A stretch of 64,000 nucleotides of DNA, taken from NCBI GenBank assembly GCA_037447605.1, contig CM074822.1, positions 1,325,492 to 1,389,491 on the forward strand, in the 5' to 3' direction. Shown one piece after another: positions 15,201-27,665 of the stretch (its first letter is position 1; every line of letters starts with the position of its first letter). Source of the DNA: Zygnema circumcarinatum SAG 698-1b (lineage: Eukaryota; Plantae; Zygnematophyceae). The notes under the pieces were generated by a model that was not told the DNA's origin, ran no database searches, and saw only the letters and a list, made by a program, of their open reading frames with translations. The position numbers and the translations under genes are program-made.

Positions 15201-15905
15201 TAAGTTAGGTTAGGTTAGGTTAGGTTAATTAATTAGGTAAATTCAGTTAATTTAATTCAGTTAATTAGGTTAATTAATTAAGTTAATTAATTAGTCAATT
15301 AGTTGATTCAGTTAGTAAATTAGGTTGATTAATTCAGTTGATTAGATTAAGTTAATTGAGTTAGGTTAATTAATTAAGTTAGGTTAATTAATTAGTTAAG
15401 TTAATTAATTAATTACAGTTAAGTTAATTAGTCAGTTAAGTTAGGTTAAGTTAGGTTAGGTTCAGTTAGGTTAATTAATCAGTAGTTAGGTTACAGTTAG
15501 TTCAGTTCAGTTAAGTCAGTTAGGTTAGGTTGCAGTTAGTTAGGTTAATTAAGTTAAGTGGATAAACAGATAAATAAATAAATAAATAATAATAAATAAT
15601 AGATAAATAAATACAAATAAACACGGACGGACGGAACGGAACAAAACGGAACAAAACAATAATTAATAAATTAATTAAATTAATTAATTAATTAGATTCA
15701 ATTAATAATAATTAATTAATTAAGTTAGGTAAATTAATTGGTGGGGTTAATTGATTAGATTAAGTTAATTAATTAATTAAGTTAAGTTAATTAGATTAGG
15801 TTAATTAATTAATTAATAAATAATTAGGTTAGTTTAATTAATTAATTAATTAGTTAGTTAATAAATTAATTAAGTTAAGTTAATTAATTAATAAATAAAT
15901 AAATA
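12290..15905. repeat. AT-rich, nearly C-free degenerate satellite built from TTAA, TTAGA, TTAAG, TTAGG and TTCAG units
   Basis: Directly visible. Pure (TAAT)n cores at about 13.6-13.95 kb and 14.9-15.07 kb. No ORFs are called in the block, which ends at a 100-N gap. Confidence 0.95.
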
Positions 15906-16005
15906 NNNNNNNNNNNNNNNNNNNNNNNNNNNNNNNNNNNNNNNNNNNNNNNNNNNNNNNNNNNNNNNNNNNNNNNNNNNNNNNNNNNNNNNNNNNNNNN
16001 NNNNN

Positions 16006-16972
16006 GCGCATGGAGATTACGGATGTAGCCACGATTCCCCAGCCCGGCCCGGATTCCACCTGTGAAGATGGTCGCCCTGTTGCGGGAAGCTATTATTGGC
16101 CCGGCCTACATGGCGGCGGTTGCCCTTCGCCGAAACCTGCACCCGTTGCCAGCGCGGCAAGCTCTGCTCCCCGGCGCCAGCCACGGAATGGGTAGAATCC
16201 CCACTCTGGCGTCGCCGAAAGGTGGAACATTGACACCTTTTCTATCCCCAGCTGGCACCTCGCTGTGGTCTTCACAGGCAGATACACCAAGTGGGTAAGA
16301 AGTTCATGCGGCGAATCTAAGCATTCCATCCACTCTGCTCAGCCTCTTGTGACCATCATTCACATCCTCTCTGCCTACTCGTCCACACTCGACAGGCTGG
16401 CACCCGAATCTGAGGGGGCATTTGCCAAGCTCATGCAGGACTTCCGCATCATTCACCACACCTCTAGCCCCTACTCCCCCTGGCAGAATGGGCTCGCGGA
16501 ACGTACCATTCAGACCGTCAAGGATGCGTGTGTTCGCGGCTGCGCGGAGCTGGAGGCGGACTGGCGCGAGGTCATCCCCTCCCTGGTCTTCACCTACAAC
16601 ACCTCGGTGCACTCCTCCACTGGCTTCTCGCCCTACGAGCTCCTCTATGGCCGTAAGCCCCGCATTCCCCTTGACCTCCTCTTTGTTGAGCCCCTCTTCC
16701 ACGATGACGCGCCTCCCCCGGATCGGGTCGCCCAGCTTCAACTCCTGGCCCTCCGCTTCCAAACCCTAGATTCCATGGCCTCCCACCACCTCGAACGCGC
16801 GCACAGGCGACAACTCACCAACTTTGGGAGGCGCCGACGCGCTGCTCTCCCGCCCAATCAGGTAGCGCCACGTCAGCTCATTTGGCTCAGGAATCTTGCC
16901 AAACCAACTCAACGGGCTTTTCCGTGGTTGGGCCCCTTCATTTGTGTCGGTCCGTCGGAGATCCCAGGCTAG
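16006..16972 (+). pseudogene. Ty3/gypsy-type integrase remnant
   Basis: CTRCQRGK zinc-finger half (about 16138-16165) in one frame. In another frame: GRYTKWV, SSPYSPWQNGLAERTIQTVK, LVFTYNTSVHSSTGFSPYELLYGRKPRIPLDLL and PWLGPF. The remnant is frameshifted and begins at a gap. Confidence 0.85.
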
Positions 16973-18245
16973 GCCATCATTTCGGAAGGCCCTGACTCTA
17001 GTGGGAACGCCCGGCGCTGGCGTTCACACTGGATCGACATTCGTGCCGCCACGTCAGCGGTTCCTCCCCCCCGCAATGGCTGACCGTTAGCGACCGACAG
17101 CGCGGCCTCCTCCGTTCCCCCCCTGCCATGACGACTCCTCATTGGTCCATCTCTAATTCCCGCCGCCAATTCTGCACTTCCCGCCACTTTTTGCCCCTTC
17201 GCCCACATTTCGCCAGCCGGCCGTCTCTTCCGATACGGTCCTCCCGATACTCCCCATTGCCGAATGTACGCGGAAGCTTCTCCAGACGACCGCCGACTCG
17301 CCTCACGCGGCCCCCCGTCCACATCATCATTGGCTCCTTCCATGCCCTTTATCTCTTCTTCATTGCGCCCGCAAGGGCGTGCGCTTGTTTTTCCCCCCCC
17401 GGCATGTGCTACAGATGTAGCGTAATGGAGCTGTGTTCGACGGATCTGCGTCAGTTCAATTGTACTTGACATATGCCTCTTCCGTGTCACGGATCAGCGG
17501 AATCCAGGAGCTGCCAACGGAGAATGAGAGAAGGCGGCGCCATGCGTCGGCGGCCCACGGAACGGCACACTATCCAGCAAGGCGCACTCGGAACACCGCC
17601 TACGGCCGCCGATTATCATTCGTTGACCTATCCGAAGGCTCCACGTAGTCAGTCAGGCCTCTCAGTGGGCAGTTGGCCAATCAGGGCCTGTCACTGCTAA
17701 GGCTCAAGATCTATTGTCAGTGTTAAGTAGATGGGATGTCAGTGATGCTTGTTTGTCTTTTAGTGCTGGGCTTAGTATTTGTATTTGCTGTATGGNNNNN
17801 NNNNNCCGCTGCGCGTACCTCTGAATCTCCCGGATCCTGGCTCTATGCTGCAGGCAGACCCACAGGACCAACCCAACCCTTCATCAGTTTCAGCACGGAC
17901 GCGCGAGTGGCCGTACAGCACCTGCAACTAGCTCAGCAGTCTCCTTCTAACCCCACTTATCTTGTGCTACAGCGATGCGAAATGCGTCCGTCTGGTTCAC
18001 TGTGTCTGCTCGTGCTTCCGTACCGCATAATACCGTACAGTCGTTCGACTGTACGACCGTCCGACCGTACATGTTGTAAAGGCGTTGTAAATTAATATAT
18101 ATCAGCCGTTATCTAGTCGTCACAGTTGTAGAATATAATATATATTATTATATAGTCGTAACTAATCCATCCCTACTCTCCGCGCGTGGCGACAAAACGG
18201 AGGGCGGCGGGCGGCGGGCGGCGGAAGGAGCGCAGCGGGGCGAAA

Positions 18246-18423
18246 AGGGGGGGGTCAGACCTGGCTCGGAGATACGAAGGTAAAATAATTATTTTCTTGA
18301 ATTCGCGGCGCCCGAACCTGCCGAACGGCCACTTTTTGTGAAAAAGGCCTGCTGTACACGGCGGAATAGGCCCGACGGGCTTACGAAATTGGTTTGGCGA
18401 TGGTCAAGGTCTGACCCCCCCCT
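18246..18423. repeat. Small inverted-repeat unit (16-bp perfect [18 protein letters not shown]) from a dispersed repeat family
   Basis: IR arms at 18246-18261 and 18408-18423. Related AGGGGGAGTCA(G/T)ACC segments occur at about 28983, 29222 and 33630 with flanking homology. No TSD. Confidence 0.55.
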
Positions 18424-18867
18424 AATTCCCGAATTTAGTACAGTATATTGTACTTGTGCTTTTGTATGGGCCAGGTCACAGCTAATGCATGACAAGAAAA
18501 CGAGGGAAGGATGTTTGATTGAACTCACGATGGCAAGGCCATCAAATGTACATGGATAAAATCGACATAGGGAACCAGAGGAAGCGGTCACAATGGACAT
18601 AAGGACAAAGAGAAAGCCTCGAAACGGAAATCTACTTTTAGGCTCAACAACACGGCACTAGAAACAGCCGCGAGGGTCGCCGCAAGAAAATGGGAATGGG
18701 GGGGGAGAAGAAGTGGGAGGACGCTAAATGATAGACTCTCCCCCCTTTTTGGATATCCCCTCCCCCTTTCGGGAAATTTCGTACTTCCATTTTGGCTATC
18801 CACTCCCCCTGTTTTGGATTCCCCNNNNNNNNNNCCCCCCCCCCCCCCCCTCCCCCCCCTACTTTCT

Positions 18868-19143
18868 CCTCTCTTACAACCCACATGTCCTTGTCCCTAG
18901 AAAACGTCGCCTTGATCTTGAAAGGGCAAATTATCAAGCGGCTGGAGGTATGCCTGTTCTTGCTACTCTCTTCCTGACCTACATCTCTGTAGGTCCCCCG
19001 CTGAAGCATTCCAGGTAGAGTCGGCCGTTGTCGTTATGCGCGCAGATCTTGATGTGAAATCCTTCGTGCTTGTAGTGCTCGGTCATGACTTGTACGAGCT
19101 CATCGCGGGTCTCATACTCAGTTGGTAGCATTTCTATGGACAT
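18868..19143 (-). pseudogene. Mutator-transposase/FAR1-like (WRKY-GCM1-fold) DNA-binding domain remnant
   Basis: MSIEMLPTEYETRDELVQVMTEHYKHEGFHIKI...LYLECFSGG, then after a 1-nt frameshift TYRDVGQEESSKNRHTSSRLIICPFKIKATFSRDKDMWVV. This matches the recalled pattern F/Y.t.de......GF.i....C.rGg.YR...tS.r..CPF.i......W.v. The terminal HNH would fall in or after the G-run and gap and is not visible. Confidence 0.6.
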
Positions 19144-20270
19144 TGCAAGCCGAGAGGAGGAGAGAAGAGGAGGGAGGGAGGGGGGAGGGGGAGGGGGAGG
19201 GGGAGGGGGAGGGGGAGGGGGAGGGGGAGGGGGAGGGGGAGGGGGAGGGGGAGGGGGAGGGGGAGGGGGAGGGGGAGGGGGGAGGGGGGGAGGGGGAGGG
19301 GGAGGGGGAGGGGGAGGGGGGGAGGAGGGAGGGGAAGGGGAGGTAGTTTTGTGTTCAGGGTTTAGAAGTGGGTGATGTACCACTTATGGTTTAGGGTTTT
19401 AAAATATTGAGGTCCACTTCAAACCTGTCTCGAGATGATGTTTGCACTGTTTAGGGCGTCCCAGATTCCTGCCACGTGGCAGCTTTTGATAGCACTGCAA
19501 ATTTTTTCAAACATTCAAAATCGCAATTGACAGATCCAAAAGACACCTCTCATCTCTTCATTTACAGCATTTCCCAAGCCAATGATATGGCCATAAAAGA
19601 CTTTCTCTTTTTCTCAAAACCAAAAAGAGTACAAACCAATCTTAAAAACTACGAGCACACACACCACTTCCCTCGTGCCCTACGTACAGAAAAAAATTGC
19701 ACTCACTTATTTTATTAGCCAAATGAAAAAGAAAGGAGGTGGGGGGGGGGGACATAGGGTGGCCTAAAGTATAGTACAGGGGGCAGAAAAATCCAAACCA
19801 CACCTTCAATCAAATCCCATTGAGGAACAATCCTTGTCTATGTGAACAAACGCTCTGTACAGTTTTCAGTCCAGTTCAAGACTGGTTGAACATCTCGGTG
19901 ACATAGAACACCTCCCCGTTGTAAGTCTCCATGACGAGGCTGCTCGTTCTTCAAACATGGAATACGGGATACCCCAATCCGGAATACGGCAACAGAGGAA
20001 CACAGAAGGCGTCAAGCGATGCCTGTCTGAAACTCCACTGTGAAGCCAGCCTGGTTCAGATTACTGACTGGCGCCTCCACGCGGACATGCAGACCGGGAC
20101 CCTCCAGGTATCGCCCACGACTGTCTTGAGCGCGTCGTGACAAGCCAATCTGCAGAGAGATAGAGAGAGAGGAGGGGCAGGGGGGAGGAGGGAGAGGGGA
20201 GGGGGAGGGTGAGAGGGGCAGAGAGGAGTTGATGAGGGGAGAGCGCGAGAGGAGGATAGAGAGAGCGATT

Positions 20271-20463
<193 letters not shown>

Positions 20464-20560
20464 TGGAGGGAGGGGGGGAGAGAGAGAGAGGGGAGAGAGA
20501 GAGAGGACGAGAGAGAGAGAGGGGGGGGAGAGAGAGAGAGAGAGAGAGAGGGGGAGAGAG

Positions 20561-21491
20561 TGTTGGGTACAATAGGGGTATAGACTAGAATTGTACGCTG
20601 TACGGTCCTTAGCCTTTGTCGGCGGTCCTTAGGAGATTTGGTCACAGTCTGAACAGGTCGCTAGGGCGCTGTTCTTAGTGGGAACACGGGAAGTCTGAGT
20701 AGGACACGTGGAGGGCGGCGATAGGCCGCGCCACCACAGGAGTCTACTTAGAATTGATAAGTATAGTTTGGACACGTGGCGCGCAGCGATAGGCTGCGCG
20801 ATCAGCTTTGTATTGCTTATTGCTTTAGTGGACGACCGTACAGAATGTCCGGAGCGTACAAGATGCATGAGTGTACGGACGACCAACACTTAGGCGCTGG
20901 AGAAGCGCGCGCGTGGATGCGAAGCTTCGAGAAGGTCGGTGCGCCTTTGGAAGGACGAAACTGTACGGACCTTCTCCCTCCTGGCCATGGCGACCCTGAG
21001 GGTGAGTTCCAGCGCGGTGCGAGGCGGACTCCTGGAGACGTGGAGCATCACCAGCGACATGGAGGTGCGCTGTGCGGTGGAGCGCGGTGGCGCGCGGCGG
21101 CGTGCAGTAGAACGTGGAGTAGTGCAGCGCGTAGTATTTAAGTAGGGGTTGATTAGGAGTTAATTAACCTGAGAGTTCAACTTAATTCAGCTGTAGCTTG
21201 GCTCGTGTTGCCGAGTGTAGTTGCCTGGCTGTATGGGCAGCAGGAAGTAGGGGAGTTAGTCAGAGCATAGGTGGAAGCCTGAGGGCTTGACATAAATGTT
21301 TGTTTCTCTTCATTTCTTTATTAAGGAGTTTTGAGGCCGAGGAGCTTTCTCCTTACTTATTCTCTTTCGGTGTTTGCTTGATTGGATCATTTGCTTTTCA
21401 GTGTGTGCACTTGAGGGTTGTATTGATTCAGACATTGCAAGCATGTCAGAGAGTGAGAGTAGTGGGAGGGACCAGGCTCAAATTGTCAACA
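20561..21491 (+). mobile_element. Solo LTR (931 bp), copia-associated family
   Basis: TGTTG...CAACA termini, 5-bp TSD GAGAG on both sides, TATTTAAG box at about 21136, and a hairpin motif shared with the copia LTRs at 50-64 kb. Inserted in a GA microsatellite. Confidence 0.88.
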
Positions 21492-21527
21492 GAGAGGAGG
21501 GAGGGGGAGAGAGAGAGAGAGAGGGGG

Positions 21528-21560
<33 letters not shown>

Positions 21561-22181
21561 GGAGAGAGAGAGAGATGCGTCGGAACATCCGTTTACTCCT
21601 GTCCTCACTAGTACTGCCCTTCAACAAAAATAAGGCCCTCAAAGGCTTACCGATGCGGACGAGAAGAGTGTGGTTCTCCTCACTGTGCTCACACCGCAGC
21701 CAATTCGCACTCTCTCCTTCGGCTCCGCGCACACCTCAGCCAACGTCGCACGTGTCTCCTTTCCGTGACGTGACGTCTCGTGTAACGCAGCGAAAGCGGG
21801 CCCGTCCCGGCTAAGAGGGAGAGGGAGAGGGAGAGGGAGTGGAGAGGAGAGAGAGGGAGAGGGAGAGGTAGTTTAAACGGGAGAGAAAGAGGGAGGGCTA
21901 GAGGGGAGAGAGTGAAAGAGGATTAGTATATATTCGGAAGAGTAACTTGTTCAGTAATTCAGTCAGAGGGTTCGCCAACTCCTGCAGGGCCGGTCGTGGA
22001 AGCGGAGGAGGGCATCGAGGGCTGCGCGGGGCAGAGCGTGCAGGAACAGGCAGGTGGGAGGGAGGGGTGGGAGGGAGGGAGGGAGGGAGGGAGGGAGGGA
22101 TGGAGGGAGGGAGGGAGGGAGGGAGGGAGGGAGGGGTGAGAGACAGACGACGAGGATAGGAGCTAAAGCAAAGCAGACGAA

Positions 22182-22286
22182 ATGCTGACTCCGGAGGACG
22201 GGCATCATTGGCGGAAATATGGCCAGAAAACACTTGTGTCGCCTGTGTCGCTCAAAAGGTATGTCCTCCTAATGCCGGCAACATCA

Positions 22287-22362
<76 letters not shown>

Positions 22363-23263
22363 CTCACATTTCTACTTTCCGTCCGTCCTTACGCTCATCC
22401 TTGTCTTTTCCTCTTTTCCGTACAGGGCCTATTACAAATGTACCAGTAAGAATAAGGAACGCGGTGATTGTAAGGTGTTGAAATATGTGGATAGCACGAA
22501 CGAAGCCTCCTCCACCATAAGAGTGACATATAAGGGAAAGCATAACCATCCCACACCCCCTCCCAGACAAGAAACTGAAGTCATCATATATCGATCTTCT
22601 CCCTCCTCTGTGGTAGAGCCACTATTGGCAGTGAGTAGTCCATCTGTAGCCACCCTTCCAAGCTCTCCCTCTTTATCATCATCATCACCAAGAGGAAATT
22701 TTCAGTGCACATTTGATGACAAGTGTCGGAGTCCTGATCCCGAAGAGGGGGGGACTACCTCCCAGTTCCGAGAGATGAAGCTGAGTGACGAGAATTTGCA
22801 TTCAATTCGGAGTAATGCTGGAGGAGGAGGAGGAGAAGGAGGAGGAGGAGGAGGAGGAGGAGGAGGAGGCGGAGGAGGAGGAGGAGGGTGGGGGGAAGGG
22901 AGGCAGATTGGGATGATCCCGATTGGGAATGAAGGGATTCCGCCGACTCTAGAACAATCAGTTGAAAGAAGAATGGAGAGAATGGTAAGCCACGAGAATG
23001 GAGTTCCGCTAAGACCTTTGTTAAGTAGGCTGAAAGAGGCCTGCCTATCTAAGCAGAAGAAGAAGTCAGTGGTGAGAGGGGGAAGGGGAGTGGGGGGGGG
23101 AGGGAGGGGGAGCGAGAGATGGTCTCATGGAGGGGCCGGCTGTAGAGAGATGGGAGAGCAAGGCGGAACTTCACGAGAGAAGAGTTTGATTCAGAAGGGG
23201 AGAGAGACAGGAGAGAGAGAGAGGAGCAGTTGGAGGAGTGGGAGAGAAAGTCGTTGGGTCTAA
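22182..23263 (+). CDS. WRKY: Atypical WRKY transcription factor (copy B); WRKYGQK with C-X9-C-X23-H-X-H
   Basis: join(22182..22258,22426..23263) = 304 aa. Domain reads DGHHWRKYGQKTLVSPVSLKR^AYYKCTSKNKERGDC...TYKGKHNH with the conserved phase-2 intron. An upstream exon is possible (donor near 22053). A 1-nt deletion near 23220 relative to copy C cuts off a further homologous C-terminal frame (23238..23708). Confidence 0.8.
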
Positions 23264-23861
23264 TGTGAGTTGGGACAGTCGCAAGGCCCTAGCCAGTCTA
23301 AATAATTCTACTGTCAATGAGGGTCTGCAAATGAGGGAGGTCCAAACTCTACATGTGAATAGAGATGAGACACTCTTTCCCTCTCAAAACAAGGAGATAT
23401 CTGAGGTGTCTTTACTAAGGGAAGAGGTTCCAAGCTGGTACAGAGAGACAAGTGAGGGAAGGATAGAGGGATTTGCAGGACAATTTTTTGAGGGATGTGA
23501 GTCCCGAGGCAGCTTAGATGGAATTTTCAGAGAGATGGAGGATGGAGGGTGGAAGGGCATTGTAAAGTACGATGGGATCGGAGCCCATGTCTGTGGAGGG
23601 TCCATGAGGCAGGTACTGGGAGAAATGGGGAACATAGAAATGGGGAGTGGAGGACCTGAAGGGGGGCAGCAGGGAGGAGGGAGAGGGGAAGGAGGCTCAT
23701 TCTCTTAAAGCGACGTCCCAAAAAGATGGAGAGCTTTATGCGCGCGCGGCTTCACTTACCCGTTCGTGGGAAGGAGTTGTGCTATCAATCCCCAGATCCT
23801 CTAGCACGGAAGCGGATTCCAAGATTGGGTGAACTCCTCTCTCCACTGTTGNNNNNNNNNN

Positions 23862-23912
<51 letters not shown>

Positions 23913-25400
23913 CTCACATTTCTACTTTCCGTCCGTCCTTACGCTCATCCTTGTCTTTTCCTCTTTTCCGTACAGGGCCTATTACAAATGTACCAGTAAG
24001 AATAAGGAACGCGGTGATTGTAAGGTGTTGAAATATGTGGATAGCACGAACGAAGCCTCCTCCACCATAAGAGTGACATATAAGGGAAAGCATAACCATC
24101 CCACACCCCCTCCCAGACAAGAAACTGAAGTCATCATATATCGATCTTCTCCCTCCTCTGTGGTAGAGCCACTATTGGCAGTGAGTAGTCCATCTGTAGC
24201 CACCCTTCCAAGCTCTCCCTCTTTATCATCATCATCACCAAGAGGAAATTTTCAGTGCACATTTGATGACAAGTGTCGGAGTCCTGATCCCGAAGAGGGG
24301 GGGACTACCTCCCAGTTCCGAGAGATGAAGCTGAGTGACGAGAATTTGCATTCAATTCGGAGTAATGCTGGAGGAGGAGGAGGAGAAGGAGGAGGAGGAG
24401 GAGGAGGAGGAGGAGGAGGCGGAGGAGGAGGAGGAGGGTGGGGGGAAGGGAGGCAGATTGGGATGATCCCGATTGGGAATGAAGGGATTCCGCCGACTCT
24501 AGAACAATCAGTTGAAAGAAGAATGGAGAGAATGGTAAGCCACGAGAATGGAGTTCCGCTAAGACCTTTGTTAAGTAGGCTGAAAGAGGCCTGCCTATCT
24601 AAGCAGAAGAAGAAGTCAGTGGTGAGAGGGGGAAGGGGAGTGGGGGGGGGAGGGAGGGGGAGCGAGAGATGGTCTCATGGAGGGGCCGGCTGTAGAGAGA
24701 TGGGAGAGCAAGGCGGAACTTCACGAGAGAAGAGTTTGATTCAGAAGGGGAGAGAGACAGGAGAGAGAGAGAGGAGCAGTTGGAGGAGTGGGAGAGAAAG
24801 TCGTTGGGTCTAATGTGAGTTGGGACAGTCGCAAGGCCCTAGCCAGTCTAAATAATTCTACTGTCAATGAGGGTCTGCAAATGAGGGAGGTCCAAACTCT
24901 ACATGTGAATAGAGATGAGACACTCTTTCCCTCTCAAAACAAGGAGATATCTGAGGTGTCTTTACTAAGGGAAGAGGTTCCAAGCTGGTACAGAGAGACA
25001 AGTGAGGGAAGGATAGAGGGATTTGCAGGACAATTTTTTGAGGGATGTGAGTCCCGAGGCAGCTTAGATGGAATTTTCAGAGAGATGGAGGATGGAGGGT
25101 GGAAGGGCATTGTAAAGTACGATGGGATCGGAGCCCATGTCTGTGGAGGGTCCATGAGGCAGGTACTGGGAGAAATGGGGAACATAGAAATGGGGAGTGG
25201 AGGACCTGAAGGGGGGCAGCAGGGAGGAGGGAGAGGGGAAGGAGGCTCATTCTCTTAAAGCGACGTCCCAAAAAGATGGAGAGCTTTATGCGCGCGCGGC
25301 TTCACTTACCCGTTCGTGGGAAGGAGTTGTGCTATCAATCCCCAGATCCTCTAGCACGGAAGCGGATTCCAAGATTGGGTGAACTCCTCTCTCCACTGTT
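23862..25400 (+). other. WRKY: Copy B': near-identical tandem repeat of WRKY copy B from its intron onward (coding exon 23976..24813)
   Basis: Identical by eye to about 22312-23851 (offset 1550) and starts immediately after a 10-N gap. It may be an assembly duplication. Confidence 0.6.
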
Positions 25401-25683
25401 GAGAGAGAGTAAAGGAGGTAAAGGGAGTGGGGGCGAGATGGAGTAAGGGAGGGAGGGCTGAAGAGAGACGATTTCCGCTTTCTCTCTCTCCCTCCCCCTC
25501 TCCCTCTCCCTCTTCCTCCCCCTCTCCCTCTCCCTCTCCCTCTTCCTCTTCCTCTCCCTCTCCCTCTCCCTCTCCCTCTCCCTTTACCGCTCCCTCTCCC
25601 TCCTCCTCTCCCACTCCCTTTCCCTCTCCCTCTCCCTCTCCCTTTCCCTTTCCCTTTCCCTTTCCCTTTCCCTNNNNNNNNNN

Positions 25684-25992
25684 GACGAAGCAAGGGAATG
25701 GACAAAATTCGACTCCCAAGTTGTCGAGACGGAGGATAAATCCTGGATGGCCGATGTAGAGCTTCATTGCAATGAATTCCATTTCTGTCCTGAAAGGGGG
25801 CAGCTGGGAGGAGGGAGAGGGGAGGCCGGGGGGAGGGAGGAAGAGGCTCATTCTCTTAATAGTTTAAGGGATAGACAAGCGAAGTCGTAAGAAAATGAAG
25901 TGCTTTTTCCGCGCGCGGCTTCAATTATCCCTATGGTGGAAAGAATTTTGAGGTCGTCCTCTGACTCGGACTCGGATCCCATGATTGACTGA
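25684..25992 (+). pseudogene. Copy D': 3' part of the WRKY-less derivative with a nonsense mutation
   Basis: Near-identical to 6284-6592 but with CAA>TAA at 25888-25890. Its 5' part is lost in a gap. Confidence 0.7.
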
Positions 25993-26613
25993 CTCCTCTC
26001 TTTGCTGTGAGAGAGAGTGAAGGAGGAAAAGGGAGAGGGGAGAGGAGAGGGAGCAGAGGGGGAGAGAGGGTGGAGAGGCAGAGANNNNNNNNNNCTCAAA
26101 ATTCCTTCCAACAAAGAGAGAATCGAAGCCACGTGCGGATAAAGCTATCGATTTTTTTGCGCCGCCGCTAGCAAATCTCGCAAAATATTACAGAAGTACA
26201 TACATAAGCCTCCTCCTCTCGCATCATTTCTAGCGACATAGTGCAAACATGGGTCTAAACCATTCCATTACCTTTCCAAACTTGTCCCTCTGGGCCAAAT
26301 TTGGATGCTTGAAACCATTTCCCCTGATAAAGTCACCTCATAGATCTTCTTCCTTTGAGAGCAAGAGAAGGTCTCTTCTCTATTCACATGTGGAATTTTA
26401 AGATTTTGTCACTCCCTGTTTTTTTCCCATGTATATATTTGACGCCCGTGAGTTCTTTGTTGTGGTCTTGTAACTCCCTCATTTGCAGATCAGTATTGAG
26501 AGCAGACTGATTTAGACTGGCTAAGGTCTTACGACTGTCCCCACTCACATTAGACCCAAAGGTTTCCTCTCCCCCTCCTCCAACTGCTCCCCTCTCTCTC
26601 TTTCTCCTGTCTC

Positions 26614-27481
26614 TCACCCCTTCTGAATCAAACTCTTCTCTTGTGGGGTTCCGTTTTGCTCTCCCATCTCTCTACCGCCGGCCCTCCATGAAGCCATCTC
26701 TCATTCCTCCTCCCTCCCTCCCCTACTCCCCTTCCCCCTCTCACTGCTGTCTTCTTCTGCTTAGATAGGAGAATCTCTTGCAGCCTGATAGCCAAAGAAC
26801 TTGGAGGAACTCCATTTTCATGGTTAACCATACTCTCCATGCTTTTTTCAACTGATTGTTCTCGAGTTGGCGGAATTCCTACATCCCTAATCCATGGACT
26901 ATTCATACATTTTGGAGCTCCAATAGGGGGCCTCCCTCCCCCCCACCCTCCTCCTCCTCCTCCTCCTCCTCCTCCTTCTCCTCCTCCTCCTCCTCCTCCT
27001 CCTCGTCCTCCTCCTCCTCCTCCTCTTCCTCTTCCTCCTCCTCCTCCTCCTCCAGCATTACTCCAAAGTGAACGCAAATCCTCAATCCTCCTCCGCATCT
27101 CTCGGAATTGGGAGGTGATCTCTCTCCCTTCGGGATCCGGAGTCCGATAATTATCATCAAGGGAGTCAGTTGATGATGATGAGAACTTGGGAGAGCTTTG
27201 GACAGCGGCTGGGCTGCTTTCTCCCAAAACTGGATCTCCCTCAGAGGAAGACGATCCATACATGATGACTGTTTTTTGTATTCTGGGAGGGGGAGGGAAA
27301 TGGTTATGATCTCCGTCATATGTAACTTTTAGGGAGGCGGATTTATCCGTGCGATCCACAGTTTTTTTCGCCGTACAACCTTCCTTTTTCTTGGTACAAG
27401 CGTAATAGGCCCTGTACGGAAAAGAGGAAAAGAAAGGGATGAGATTAGGAATGGAGGGGAAGTAAAATATGAAGAGAGACA

Positions 27482-27519
<38 letters not shown>

Positions 27520-27665
27520 ATGTGATGTTGGTGGCATTAATAGCACATACCTTTTGTGCGTCGCCATTTTTTTTTTTTTTCACAATCTCCTTCTCCCCAT
27601 ATGTCCGCCACTGATAGCCGTCCGGTGGAATCTGAAATTATTCTGAATTATGGACTTTCCTTTGC
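26614..27665 (-). pseudogene. WRKY: Copy A': duplicate of WRKY copy A with WRTYGEK and two frameshifts
   Basis: Near-identical to 8035-9088. TGG CGG ACA TAT gives WRTY. The A-run is 14 nt versus 13 nt (+1) at about 27567-27580, and one C is lost at about 26680. Both indels are in homopolymers, so sequencing error is possible. Exon 1 is lost at the gap at 27730. Confidence 0.7.

Noticed and set aside
12290-15905. Calling the AT-rich block a true telomere
   Set aside because: TTAGG occurs only in short runs among many other units, the telo-boxes elsewhere indicate TTTAGGG, and ordinary sequence continues beyond the gap.
17416-18124. Possible TG...CA LTR downstream of the gypsy integrase remnant
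   Set aside because: There is no matching TSD, no purine tract upstream and no second copy, and a gap lies inside.
23862-25400. Apparent very recent tandem WRKY duplication (B/B')
   Set aside because: It is identical by eye, including homopolymer lengths, and starts right at a 10-N gap. It is more likely an unmerged contig overlap and needs read-depth confirmation before being counted as a real copy.
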